A DNA stretch of 63,983 bases, filler included, from Parasitella parasitica NRRL 2501 (GCA_025201805.1; 4 parts of 4 records of this genome joined end to end with filler, not necessarily neighbours in it), one strand, 5' to 3'. Positions 12,303 to 25,274 are shown, counted from the whole stretch's first letter. Notes: generated by a model not told the origin, from the sequence alone. Numbers and translations are program-made.

Positions 12303-13999
12303 ATGATGTTCCTGGGCAGAAGACGTCCGCATCAAAGCAATTCCATCGCGCAAACGTAATGTAAAACCTGTACATTGTGCTTTGTACTGACAAGCACTTT
12401 TGCTTTACACCACATAGCGCTATCGTAGACACAAAAAGCCAATTAGATCAAGAGGTAACAACTAGCTTAATCATCGACAATTTTCAGTTTTACTCAATCC
12501 CATCACAGAGAGCAAGCGAAATAATGAATATATTCATGCAGCAAACCGAGCTGACACCTGTTGAGCATCGTTTGCCTGTAGCAAAGCTGAAAAACGACGC
12601 CAACATGTCGTCCTACAAAACATCCACTCTATCTAAATATTCGCTAGATATCCAACTACTTTGGTCGCTTGCAATAGCATTCACCCAACTTGACTACGCA
12701 GCATCCGTCAAGAACTGGATCCGCGAACTAGTCCAGCCTGGCCTCGAAAGCCAATTGCAAAGATCACAAACTATCCATATCGATGATCCGTTCATTACGA
12801 CTTTTGTCAACTTGACGTTTGGCCAATGCGATGCAGCCAGTGAAAGCGCACAAAAGCAGGGTGATTTCAACTTGGCCATGTACATTGTTCATTCAGAATA
12901 CAAGGACGTTACTGCAGTCGTCCAACAGCAGATATCAGACTTGAAAAAGAACGGACAGTGGCGTGCCATGACGGTGTTCCACAGGAAATGCTGGCATACT
13001 ATTGCAGGTAATTTAGGTTATGTTCATCAAGACGATTTCGTTGTTACAGAGGGTGTCTACTGGCAGTGCACACTGGGCATGTATATCTGGTTTGCAAACG
13101 ATTTTGGTTCCTTTAATTTGTCTAAATACAACAAGGCTCTCGACACCACAAGCCCTAACCTCAGGCAAATCAAGACGGCAAAGCACACAGCTGTTCCTGA
13201 TGATCGATGTCATTGGTATCAGCTACTGCAATGGTGGATTGGAAATGAGAGCACAGCCAAGATTGGCGATTGGCCTCTAGACCTGGTCTGGCTATTGACA
13301 ATATACAAACAACCTAACAATATAGACGAAAAACATGCCTTGGATTGGATCGAGTATTTGGAGCGCCACGATAGGGCAGAATTAGCCATCTATGCTACCC
13401 TTTTTCTGGCGAGGTAACGTATCTCATTTGTGCGAAATTGGAGGGGCTACAAGGGTGAATTTAACAGCCATGTCAATATAATAGGCCTTCTGAAAAGCTA
13501 AACTACATTCTGCGCCAATGTGAATGGAATAACGAAGCAAAACTGATCAACAGTTATCATATACCCCGAAAGCAAGTCTCCATTGCCAAAGCATTGAATG
13601 CACATGATTCCTGGGATTATGAAGGGGAATACAACTATTTGATCCAAGGAGGCTTGAAGGATCAAGCTAAAATGGCTCTTTTCTTTTTCCTTCTCCCAAA
13701 AATATACAATGGTAAAGTATAGGTATTTTTCTCTGGGTGTATTTATAATTTTCTGATTTGCTATAGATGACGAGAATTCAATGAAGAGAGGCTTAAATTT
13801 CCTTGCTGAATTTCCAGACCCTGATTCAGAAATTACCACACTGGCAAATATATACAAGGTGCTTATATCGGCAAAACAGGATGAAAATGCTGGTCAATAT
13901 ATACAAGAATTAGAAGACTTGCAGTCAAAGTACACATCAAAAGTTCTCCACACTCTCTTGAAAGATTTGAAAGAGTCGTTGATAGACGCCAGTCAATAA
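12303..13999 (+). CDS. Nup96-domain nucleoporin-like protein (no Nup98/autoprotease part), multi-exon
   Basis: A short exon MMFLGRRRPHQSNSIAQ splices in frame to the long exon. TFVNLTFGQCDAASESAQKQGDFNLAMYI...QQQISDLKKNG...RKCWHTIAG...VYWQCTLGMYIWF resembles the Nup96 helical-domain consensus as recalled. Confidence 0.65.
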
Positions 14000-14015
14000 A
14001 GAAGACAGCATTTAT

Positions 14016-14345
14016 TTAATATCTTGTTGAATTGGAAACGTATTTTTTATAAGCTAGTACAACCGCAATACCAGTAACTAGGCCTTTGTAAAAGTTGATG
14101 GCAGCAGGAGAGCACAGAAAGTTTTCCGCCTCTTGGATCTTGGGTCCAGCTCTTCTCTTGAGATCGGCTAGTTCAGCTTTCAGCTTATTGACCTCGTCTT
14201 CGGCACGCTTAGCTGCTCTCTCAACATCTTCATTCACATCATCTAATTTCTTATCAGCGGCTTTGGCAGCATCAGAGGCACTTTTGTGGATTGTGCTTTC
14301 GATTTCATCAACCTTTTGAGAAGCCTTAGATTTGTTATGAGCCAT
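14016..14345 (-). CDS. Small coiled-coil, probably tail-anchored membrane protein of unknown function
   Basis: 109 aa; charged A/K/D/E-rich amphipathic N-terminus and C-terminal hydrophobic segment GLVTGIAVVLAY followed by KKY. Confidence 0.7.
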   Translation of the reverse strand: MAHNKSKASQKVDEIESTIHKSASDAAKAADKKLDDVNEDVERAAKRAEDEVNKLKAELADLKRRAGPKIQEAENFLCSPAAINFYKGLVTGIAVVLAYKKYVSNSTRY

Positions 14346-14457
14346 TTCAAGTATATTATACGTGGAAAAATACTGGGTTTTTTTTTTGAAGTTTCCCTGC
14401 TATTTATTTATATGCCAGAAAAATGCCCTCGCTATATCATTAATCTACGAGACAGAG

Positions 14458-15436
14458 TTAACGAAGGTAATCTCTCTTGACAATAACATTAAATGTCTCT
14501 GTATTGATTGCGTATTCCTTGACAAATTCAGCTTCCATCTCATGCATACGGGATCCGATCAAAACCAGAGAATGAAGAGGTTCTCCAAAATCAACATCAA
14601 CCAGCTCTTCCAATGTACCCGCAACAATCTTTTGAGTATTTGTACCAATACGAGTGCAACCAATAGCCAGTGAATCAGGCTTACAGATACCTTCTCCGCG
14701 TGTCTCCTCAATCTCCAAAAGTTGCTCTACTGCTTGATTCACTGTCATGTAGCGAGGTGGATCATAAATCAAAAGGCCCCTAAATTACACAGATATCAGG
14801 CACGTCCATACATATACACAGATTGTTTCTTCTACTTACCTCATCAAGTTTTCCAAGCTCTGTTCTTTGACCTTGATATCTAATAAACATAATGTGTGAA
14901 GGCCAAGTTGGTGATTCTCTTTGATACGATCATAGAAACTGTCTGGACGCCATGTCTCGGTGAAAAAAACGACGGAGATAGTTTGTCCAAAGTTGTATAA
15001 TTGAAGACCACAAGCACCAATTGCATTCATGATGGAAGCATTATGAATGATCTTGACAGGAATGTTCAATTCACGAGCGCGGATAACGATATCAGTATGA
15101 GTAGTTGCTCTGCATGGAAAGCATATACATTTATAAGTATGAATCTTTTCGTATGTAATGATACATGCTAGTTTACCCATAAGGATCACCTACTACTAAG
15201 AATGCCACATCCACCTTGTCAGCATTAGCAAGAATGGTGTCGCTGTCAGATTCAACCATCTCACGATCGGCAATAACTACATCCTTGCCATAGAACTCTT
15301 CCAATTTCTCCTTGCCAACAGTCAAAATGGACGTATAAGCTTCGAGGTAGATGCGCTCAGAGCTCTTGACAGCTTCCAATCCTGCAACAGTGATATCTTT
15401 CTCATCACCTAAGCCGAGACCAACAACGTAAAGCAT
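14458..15436 (-). CDS. DPH5: Diphthine methyl ester synthase
   Basis: [24 protein letters not shown]...YLEAYTSIL...FLVVGDPYG|ATTHTD...[24 protein letters not shown]...[12 protein letters not shown]...[10 protein letters not shown]...[10 protein letters not shown]. Confidence 0.97.
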
Positions 15437-16001
15437 CTTGAGCAGTAATGTTGAAAGAAGCGTATGTGTGCCAGAGACTAAACTTTTTTTCACATTTTTC
15501 AGTAGTCACCAGAATAGAGCAGATCAGCAACAATTTGACATATTGATAGTTGCAAACATGCAAAAATTTACGGTTGAAAGGTTTCTCTTGGCTTGAATGA
15601 TTACTAGAAAACGTTGTGCTATCAGGAAAATACACTTTCAGAGTAGACCATCTATGCTCTTATGTTGAATTCTCATCAGAGGTTTAAGTGTAGCAATCTG
15701 CTGCTTATTCAAGTCCACTTATCAGGTCAAATACAATCTTGACCAATTTAATATGGTGGCATATTCTACATTTCTGTCTATCAGTAATCGTATTTAAATG
15801 TTTTTTTTTTTCAGCATGCCTACTATTACAACTAGAATGCTTTGGATGATGGTATGTTGATTGTTCTTTGATGTGGATCTTCTCATCGTCATCAAGCCAC
15901 ACCCTAAACTGTCACGAAGACATGGTTTTTTTTTTGTCTACAAAATGTATCCAGTTCAACCAAATTCTTTTTCTACGCTAAACACAACACACTAGGACAT
16001 A

Positions 16002-16656
16002 ATGGCGCCAGCTCCCCAAGACAAAAAAGAAAAACCTGTTGATGTCGACGAAGAGGAGCAAATGGATGTTGACGAAACATCGGAGGTTGAGGAACAAGAA
16101 GAAGAGGAGGAGGAAAACTCTGAAAATATGGATGAAGAGCCTGACTTGGTTGTCAGTGCTGATAAACTCGAAATTGTAAGTATCACTTAATAAGCATGAC
16201 AGTAACCCGAGGACTCATGGATAGAATAGGTTGGTGCCCATGGCGATCCCACTGCTATGACTTTTTGTTTCAAGGAAGAAGATCATACTCTTGGTAACGC
16301 ATTGAGACATGTCATTAACAAAAAGTAAGCAGTGCCCAAGTTTGTTTACTGCTGTTCATTTATCTAACTTTGGTTACAATAAATTTAGTCCTAATGTTGA
16401 TTTCTGTGGTTACTCTATTCCTCATCCCTCAGAAGCCAAAATGAATGTTCGTATTCAAACAACAGGTAAAAATATCATTGCAGCTCGAGAAAGAGAAATA
16501 TTAAATTGACATCTTGCTTCATCAGAAAGTTCAAATGCGATAGATGCCTTGAAAAAAGGCCTTCAAGACCTGCATGATTTAGTTGCACATGTTCGTGAAG
16601 CTTATGCATCAGATTTAGCAAAGCAAGAATACGTTAAATTTGAGGAAGTAGCATAA
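16002..16656 (+). CDS. RPC19: RNA polymerase I/III subunit AC19 (RPAC2), multi-exon
   Basis: Acidic N-terminus, then [23 protein letters not shown]|[25 protein letters not shown]|...[12 protein letters not shown]. Confidence 0.93.
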
Positions 16657-17042
16657 GATGGGATAAGTTGGAGAGGTTTTTTCGCTGGAACGACCCAGCA
16701 CCCCAGCTACAGCAGTAGCATTTTACCGATATACAGTTTTCTTTAGAACTCAATATCAATGTCAAATATATTATATTCAATACATCCCCTTTCAATTACA
16801 CCACCACATGAAGATATGACTCAATTGTTTTTAACGCCTAGAAATTAATTAAATTTTTGAAAAAAACAACGCATAATCTCAGAAAATGTTGTGGCCCACA
16901 TTTTGGTAAATGCCCCCAGCTAGTGGAATGATGCATTTAATGCAAGATCGCTAGCCTATCATTCGTTTGAAATACTTTAATGTTAACAACACCAATGGAA
17001 AAAGCTAATACTTCCTCAAAATAAACTTATTAAAAAGACGCC

Positions 17043-18996
17043 TTAAATGATAAACGCAAGATTAACATCAATAGGATGAGACGCAGACAGCTGAGGGCGT
17101 TGAGAGTACTTGGACTTCAGAATTTCCCGGATTGCATTGAGCAATTGAAGATAGGTCAAATTTTGGTTTTGACGCAAAACAGCTAATATACAAAGGCAAT
17201 TTTTTAGTAGAGTACAGTATGAAATAATAACATGGCTTACTAGTAAAAGCGTATGACATTGCCCCTGTAGATGCACCGTTCTCCATTGCATCTGCAGAAG
17301 TTTGGTTATCTTTACAACCAGAAAACATAATAATGTCTGACTCTGAGCTCTTGAATTGTTTTACGCGTTCGTCTACACTCTTCTTACTCATTATGCTTTT
17401 ACCAAGGCTCATAAGAGAAGATAAAGCACCAGATTTGTTTCCCGAAGCGTAAGCAAGACCGGCACTTAATATACCTGCTCCAGCATCCTTAAATGGGCTC
17501 TCTTCTTTGACATTGCCTTGGGTACTGTACACGTAAGGTAAATCGAGGGCCGTACCAGAATGACAAGAATCGAAGATGCAGGTCAAACGTGCTCCTCTTG
17601 GCAAAGGTTGCACCATAATGTTATGCATTTGCTATACAATCTCTGGTCAATTCCCATTTCAAATCGAACAAATTACAGTTCTCACATCATCTACAATCTG
17701 GCCACTGTCGCCTTGATATCTATCGTGATCGACAGGGTAGATGGTTTCATCATAGCCATCATCTTCATCACCATCCGTGTCTTTTACCCTACCACCATGA
17801 CCACTGAAATGGAAAAAAAACCTAACCAGAATACATGAATATTACACATTTATGCATTCAGTATAAACGCTCACGAATCATTTTCTCTTGCTCCTTTGAC
17901 AAGCCATTGCATAGCATTAAGGATGTTTTGCCTGGTAGGAATAAACTTTGCATCCTTTTGGTCGTCGGTCAAGATAACCATATCAGCCTATAGACGCATA
18001 TGTAACAACGTAAATATATGCACAGGACACTTTTCAGCAATAATACCTCGTTAAATTTGTATAAAGTGGTCAAAAACTGCTTGACATTCTTCACATCGTT
18101 GATACATCCATTCAAAGCATTTTTGCTGCCAATATAATTGATGCCAATCAATAAAGCCCTCTTTCTTCCCTTACCTAGACAATCGACAGAGTTTATCTGA
18201 GCTATTTTTTTTTTTTTCTTTGCCAGTTTACTTACAATTAGACAGTTGAAAGTCTGGAGGCTTCTGGTTCTGCATTGCCGGATTCACATGCATAATAAAA
18301 TTGTTAGCAGCATCTCCACCCTGCTGGTTACCATAAGGAACTACGAAAGCACATAAATTTTTTTGTTGCAAATTCAAATGTAACGCATTTAGATACTTTA
18401 CCAGGATGAGGCCCTTGATTATGGGCAGAATTGGGAGGCTGAGGATAATTTGCTTGGTTCAAAGTAGGGTCGTTAGGGCGGAAGATAGGGTCAGGACCTG
18501 AGTAACTATTAAATTTCGGATTGCAGATGTGCTAAATATACCATTACTATACCTTGGTATGCTGGTGGGCGAATGGGCGCATTACTTGCTTGTTGACGAT
18601 GACCACTGGTATTCTAATCAACAAAAGAATGACTTAATTTACATGTCCTTTTCAAGATGTATTGTCACTTACAAAAGAGCCAGGAGGAGGTGGAGAAGGG
18701 TAGTTGCCATAATTTGGTGGTGGGGGAGAAGGATATTGCTGCTGCTGTGGGGGATATGGAGGGGGTTGGTTATAGCCACCAAATTGTTGAGGTGGTGGAT
18801 AACCGCCGTATTGCAGAGATGGAGGTGGAGGTGGATATCCCTGAGATGAGTGGTGATTCTGTTGAGGGTAGCTTGGAGGTGGGTAGGCTCCTTGGTTTGG
18901 AGGTGGATAGGCTGGCTGAGGAGGATATCCTTGCTGTTGCTGCTGTTGAGGTGGCTGGCCGTAACCATGAGTGCCGTAAGATCCAGGGTAAGCCAT
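17043..18996 (-). CDS. MCA1: Type I metacaspase with P/Q/Y-rich prodomain, multi-exon
   Basis: [12 protein letters not shown]...[77 protein letters not shown]. Confidence 0.96.
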
Positions 18997-19803
18997 TTTT
19001 AACTAAAGAAGCGTGGCAAGCGCAAAACAAACACTCAAATGCCTTTTCTAGTTTTTGCTACAATAACGCCCAAGTCACATGGCCTAACCTTTACCCATTT
19101 ATCCCATCTCAACGAACAATGCATGTGTTTCTGCTTGACGAACCCAGCAAGCCCATCGAGACACTTTGGAGGATAGGGACTTCCTCATCTGCTAAATCTT
19201 CTACCTTCCCTTCAGTACATTGAATATATGACATTCTGTAATGATAAGTTAATTTCCTTTTAACAATATCCTCTATATTAGCTTTCTACTAATCCTGACC
19301 CTAATTTCTGTATGACTTCCACGGCCCTTAATTGTCTTGGGAATACTTGTCTTAATGGTAGATAATAATAAAGATGTCTGTATTTGTATTAAAGAAATAA
19401 CAAATGTTTGTTACATGTGAATCCATTTATGCATCACCCTTGGTCTGTAAGTTGACATGTTTATGCTAGTTAAATAGCTTTGAAATGTTCCAAGTATAAA
19501 GTGCATTTGGTACACTATGTCATTCTAGTGAAAACCCAGCGATAGATGTATCAGATTATCTACTACGTTATCAGGTTTAATTGGCGAGCTATCAATGTGT
19601 GCATCTGGGTTAATTTGATTTGGAGTTCTATAAATTTTCGACATTCTCAAAAAAACAAAAGCAAAGCGATTGTCGTTGACGAAAATAAGTTATTGAGGAT
19701 GGTTTGAGGCAACAGCTAACCGCTTCAGTAAGCTTCAGATATTAAAATCCAACACATGTCAATAGATTGTAGATTCATTAAAAAAGGTTAAAAAAAACAA
19801 CAC

Positions 19804-20072
19804 TGATGTGTCGATTTCCAGCAATCGGAAGTCAAGTTCAAGTATACTCAATACAGAACACACAATCCAGGAATATATTCCAATGGATCCATATTATAAG
19901 TCAACATGACATGTTCATGGACAATAGATACCAATCTATGGTCCCATTCTCTAAATCACACTGTGTCTCACATTTATTCCTTACTCTCCCATCAGTCCAC
20001 TTAGATTCACTAGTATATAAACCATCATTTTCTCCATGTATAGTAATAAACGAGATCTTTACCTGATTAATT
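19804..20072 (+). repeat. LTR family A copy (5' part), interrupted by LTR family B
   Basis: Begins TGATGTGTCGATTTCC; homologous to 30332-30580 and to the reverse complement of 22418-22725; has a TATA-like motif and AATAAA. Confidence 0.85.
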
Positions 20073-20467
20073 TGATCTGCCATAAATATAGACAGGAGGT
20101 TATGACAATGTACTTCAATCGAAGATTGAAGATTGTCCAATGATGTGATGTAATACGCTTGTGTAAAGTTGAGTATAAAGTTTCTGTTTCAAATCAAGAA
20201 GGTTATTCCTGTAAGTAATTCAGATCTGAGCACTAGGATAAAGGTTGAGGCACTGTCAAGATCAAAGACGTGTAGCCCTTGTTATATAACCTTACATCGT
20301 ACACTGTGAAGTAGATCATCACTGTGAATTAGTCTTGTCAATTAGTAGTCTAAATGAGTCACCATAAATCTATGTAGTTGTAAAAGGTATAAATGGCAGA
20401 TGTAATTTTGATCTTGAATAAAGAATCTTTAAGTTTTCGTATCTCGTTAACCTCAGGTTTTTTTTTT
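20073..20467 (+). repeat. LTR family B (subfamily B2) nested in LTR-A; 3' end lost in gap
   Basis: Begins TGATCTGCCATAA; closely similar to 30581-30940. Confidence 0.85.
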
Positions 20468-20567
20468 NNNNNNNNNNNNNNNNNNNNNNNNNNNNNNNNN
20501 NNNNNNNNNNNTTAATTAATTAANNNNNNNNNNNNNNNNNNNNNNNNNNNNNNNNNNNNNNNNNNNN
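20468..20567. other. Assembly gap with artificial six-frame-stop spacer
   Basis: N run with TTAATTAATTAA at 20512-20523; the same spacer is at 38506-38517 and 53764-53775. Confidence 0.95.
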
Positions 20568-20936
20568 ATATATATGAGCTTACCATTTTGATGAAAATTT
20601 TGCATACAATATTTGACAAAAACATGCTCTATTTATACTTTTTTTATGCCTGGTTAAAGCTGCTCTCCCCCCAATTTTGATGGGTATGAGCTCTATATTT
20701 TCCTTTTAATTTGCTTGAAACCTGCTCGTTTTAGATCTCTATGGTTAATATCAAATCCAGATTATCTAGAAAATTTTTTGGAAAGAGTTAATGTCAGGTC
20801 ATCCAATTTCCAGTTTGGAACAACGTACTGTCAGGCCATATATATGCATATATTATTTCAGACATATATATAAGGCATCACTAGTGAGGAAAGTTTTGCT
20901 TTATTTAAATTTATATCTATTAAACCCATAAGAAAA

Positions 20937-22212
20937 ATGTCCACAAGAAGAAGGTCAAGAAAAAGGTCTGCATCGCTTGAAAGGAGTACTGCCAGAAATT
21001 CAAGAGCCAAGTCACCAACAGTAGATGGCTATGATTCAAATGATGAAGATGATGAATCTATTGAGCATCTGAGGATTACTATAGCTGCGCTGAAATCAAT
21101 CATAAGCCCTGAAGATATACAGATTTTATTGAAGCAGCAGGCCCAGCTAGTAAAACAGCAAGCAATTATGATGAAAGAAATGGTGTCTCTAAGAAATGAA
21201 ATTTGTGAAATGAAAAATGAGATAGGCACTATTATCCCAGCGTTCAACGAAAGGGCATCAACGCCATCTACTGCTGCTTCTGCTAGCAATTATTCAGCAG
21301 AAATTGAAACCAGTGATGAGCTCTACCGTAGTGATTTGAACAAGCTTATTTCAGTATGTTGAATTGTAATTTTCTGTGTCTAATTTAAGAGGAGGCTAAT
21401 GATGTACATCTAGGATTGGATAATTGAAGGGCAAAAACAAGACGACTTTGGTAGCTGGGACTACAATGCTAGAGTTGATAGCCCTCATAACAAAAGCCTT
21501 GTTGCTAAAATCCTAAGACACGTTGTAGATTGCAAGCGGGCAGATGTTTCGAAGCACGCTGATAATGCAGCAAGAGCCAAGCACTGGATGGTGTTTGATG
21601 ACCTCTTAATTTCTCGTAAAATTAAGTCAAGGTTTACATACGACAAGCGAGGATTTTCAGAAGGTGAAGACAAAACAAAAGCAAGATTGCGATCGACCAG
21701 GCAAAAAAATAGAAGGATCCACGTAAGTGTTGTGAGAGTAATGGGTTATATTGATAACTAATCGGGTTGACAATAGAAACAAGAGAAAAGAGCCGCGTTT
21801 TTGAGGCAAAATCCAGTTTACAAGGCCAACATTTGCGCTGATTTTGGCTCAAATTCTTTGCTGGTCCTTTAGAGCCATTATTTGACGAGCGACGAAGAAA
21901 GTGACAGCGAAGACGATACTGTCCCTTGGAAATGTGTCAAACCTTCGTATAGATGTGAGCATCCCAAGGTAATGGTAATATTCTTACTTGTCAAATTGCA
22001 AATACTGAATATAGTTATAGCTTGTCAGCTTTTTTGAAAACTTGGAAGATCTGATGAATTCAGCCCAAGACAACAATAGGATATCATCAAAGCTGCCAAT
22101 TAGAAAACCTCATGATCGAATCCAAAATGTGGATGAAACAAAGTCTGTAACACTAAAACCACGAGAAAAGCAATTGCTGAATGATTCGAACCTCCTTGAA
22201 CAACCCTTGTAA
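20937..22212 (+). pseudogene. Accessory (second) gene of a CACTA/CMC-like transposon, multi-exon, probably degenerate
   Basis: N-terminal coiled coil, W..YNARVDSPHN, a basic R/K run, and LTSDEESD...KPSYR typical of CMC-element ORF2 proteins; tail-to-tail with the transposase fragment. Confidence 0.55.
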
Positions 22213-22281
22213 ATTTAGATGTTTCATTTTTTCTCTTTTCACTTCTTTTCCATCAAACTATCTTTTTATTAAATTCTTTCT

Positions 22282-23500
22282 TTACAAGTACATTTTCTTG
22301 TCAACCGGTATAACAAATACACTGTTTTTCTTGATGTCCACGGCCACCTGCGAATGAATACGCTGAATCGGCAAAATGCAGTGCTTGTCAACAACTTTCC
22401 AGAACTTGTGCTGCCACTGATTTATCAGAATGAGAAATTATTCAAATAAAACAGTTGTAAATTAATCAGGTAAAGATCTCGTTTATTACAAGGAAAAAAT
22501 GATGGTTTATATACTAGTGAATCTAAGTGGACTGATGGGAGGATAAGATACAAGTGTGAGACATGGTGTGATTTAGAGAATGGAACGATAGATCGTATCT
22601 ATTATCCATGAACATGTCATGTTGAGTTATAAATAAGGAACATGATTCATTGGGATATGTTCCTGAATTGTGTTCAGGATTGAGTTTACTTGAGTTTGAC
22701 TTCCGGTTGGGAAATTGACACATCAGCCACGCCTCAACCGTCTGATGGGTATGACGCTCAATGGCTGGCTTACCATTTGCGCCACAGAACCACTTGCAGA
22801 ACGCAAATCAATGTAATTTCCGTTGTCTGTTTGGCAGCCACAAAAAGTGATCAAAGAAGAACATTACAACACCGGGATACAAGCCAATTTCATCACCATA
22901 TGACCCTTGGAAGTACGCCTGAATATACGCCCCTGACGAGCTACCTTTCAGCAAACTACGGTAAGTCATTCCGTCAATATCGCACGATGCTTGCTTTCTA
23001 ACAAAGTTTCGGACTACGGCAACATCGTTTAGGGAGCTTTGAGACCTGGAAGTAGAGAAAGCATAAACACCTTGATAAGCGTATTCGTAGTGCTGGACCA
23101 GAAACTTGAAGACGACTTCATCCAACTTGTCACTGAATATAGCCTCGTCAAGAAGAGAAGCAGAGAGAGATTCAGATGGCACGTCTTCACTGCCAGTTAC
23201 AAGAGGTATGTTTATCGACGACAGCTCGTAGAATCTGCGCTTGTTGGCATAGTGATCTGGCCTAATCGCTATAAAGTCTTGACTGCTGGTGCTAACTGCA
23301 TTACCCATATGACCATTAGCATTAGCTATGTTGAATAAAAGCGTCTGCTCTTCATCTTGGAGGACGCTGCCATACTCGTTGATCATTGACATGGAGTTGC
23401 TCTTCTCAACAAACTTGCGCATAATAGTCTTCTCAAAGTGGCCTCGTTGACTCGTATCAATTGACTTCAGTAAGTAATTGTACCTTTAGAAGGAGCTATC
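22282..23500 (-). pseudogene. CACTA/CMC (EnSpm/Mirage-like) transposase C-terminal fragment
   Basis: SF*RYNYLLKSIDTSQRGHFEKTIMRKF (the conserved FERYN Glu is mutated to a stop) ...GAYIQAYF...YPGVVMFFFDH...FAFCKWF...EAW|QHKFW...HCILPIQRIHS...VIPVDKKMYL*. The frame is restored when the solo LTR at 22418-22725 is removed. Confidence 0.8.
22418..22725 (-). mobile_element. Solo LTR, family A (308 bp)
   Basis: TGAT...ATCA termini; perfect 5-bp TSD GCCAC at 22413-22417 and 22726-22730. Confidence 0.92.
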
Positions 23501-23549
23501 AATTAATGGCATATTTTGATTTATCGTTTTGGTAATAGCATCTTCACGT

Positions 23550-24659
23550 ATCTGTAGTTTTATCATAAAAAATTGTAGCTTCTCTTTTATCAAGGAATAG
23601 CTTGGTATAAAGAAATGATACGCAACATATTGTGTGTATTGCTATCATCATGGTATGTATTCGAGTGTATTCTAATAAACTATTAATTCATTTGTCAATA
23701 ATATATAAGAGGTCTACTCACTTCAATCTTTCAAATGAGAGCATGTGCATTAAATTGTTTGTAACAACTGAATACTTTTACTGCTAAATATAGGCAATAG
23801 CTAAAGATGATACTATGTATGAATAAATTTTTTGCGTTACGTTGTTTGGGTGACAATGTCAAGGTAGTATTGAATACTTTTTGGCTTGCTTCTTTTGCTT
23901 TATTAATATACACTAAAACTATATCTCTTCTATCATTTAGGCATGCTACAGGTATAATTTTTTGCCCAGGATCTGAACATATACGATAATATGAGAGGTT
24001 TGCTGTTCAATTTTGCCCTTGATTCTAGAAGTTACTGTATGAAGGTAAACATTGCTACTTTTTTCAAGATGCTGCCTCCTTGCTTCTTTTTTTGAGTTGT
24101 ATATATAATATTGTATCATCACTTTTCACAAATAATGTAGATGGTTATTTGTTAATTTTATTTACAAAATTTATTTTACTGATGCGCTTTTCTTGTATAT
24201 AGCAAATACCTCAGCGGCTGCTTCAATTTCAAATCGGGTAATAGCTAACCTTGCACTTTTTTCCATCATTGCCTGTGTGAACCAAAGGCTACATAATCAA
24301 GACAATATTGTATGTGACGATATAAAATTAAAGCAATAATAAATTACTGGTCCATATTACAAAAATGATTGAGAAATAAACAAAAACTAAAGCCACATTT
24401 CTATACGCAAATTTTACTTTTTTGAGCACATTTTTTTGAGTTTATGGGCACATTTTCGCTTCATGAGCACATTTTTCAAGCTTTTTGAGCGTAATTTTAA
24501 GCCTATAAAACTAGTAATTTATGTGCTCATTTGAGCATAAAAATGTGATCATTTAAGATGTTTCAATTTTTGTTCCCGCATGAGCACATTTATCGCCTTA
24601 AACTAGCTCGATAAGCAATTTTTTTTGCTCTAAAAAATGTTCCCGTTCATGCACATCTA
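23550..24659 (-). mobile_element. Unclassified DNA-transposon-like repeat with one terminus and subterminal repeats (possibly hAT-like)
   Basis: Right end reads TAGATGTGCATGAACGGG on the minus strand. Multiple GAGCACATTT motifs occur at 24420-24600 in both orientations. Internal segments (~23555-23655, ~24160-24285) recur inverted at 29917-30190. Confidence 0.5.
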
Positions 24660-25274
24660 CTGTATATTCTCATGAGAACATCGGCGAGGCCATAGTGTTG
24701 TTGGAAAAGTTCCCAGGTAGTTGTACCCATAGTTTTTGTCGTTTTCTTATTTACGTCAGTATATTCGATAGTATCGAAGTTGTTTACCGTCGAACTTAAT
24801 TTTTTACAAGCTTCATGACTAGAAGTTGCAGATAAGCCAGCACCTGTGTCCCATAGTGCATGAATGATATGATTGTTGATATTGATTGCCGTGGTGGGTG
24901 TAAACGAATCATGCGTGTGAACAACATGAACAGGTTTTGCTTCAATTGTGTTTATAGTAGAAGGGAGTTCTACTTCATCTGCTTCTGGCTGTGTGTTTAT
25001 GTTGGAAATGGTGTGTGATTCGCACTTATAGTTGTAATGATTTCCTCCGCAATGGCTGCAAAGAGGATCTCCATGTTTATCATATCATTTGGGCACGTTA
25101 TTGTTCTGCTTGCGTTGAGTACCATGGTTGAATGTATTAGGTTAATTTCCGTCGTGCCTGCCGTTTTTGTTGTTATAACGGTTCTGGCTCCCTTTTTTAA
25201 ATGGTTGAGTGCTCTTTTTAGTTTCATACATATGATCTACTTCCATGGGGTCATCATATTCAGATGAATTTGCC

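Noticed and set aside
15810-15900. TGATGA...CTGA on the minus strand between DPH5 and RPC19 (possible C/D snoRNA)
   Set aside because: No terminal stem or recognisable rRNA-complementary guide; the motifs are expected by chance.
18529-19223. Overlapping ORFs over the metacaspase first exon, and similar ones over the SNF5 polyQ region and CLIP linker (43458-44078)
   Set aside because: Alternative-frame or antisense shadows of low-complexity coding sequence.
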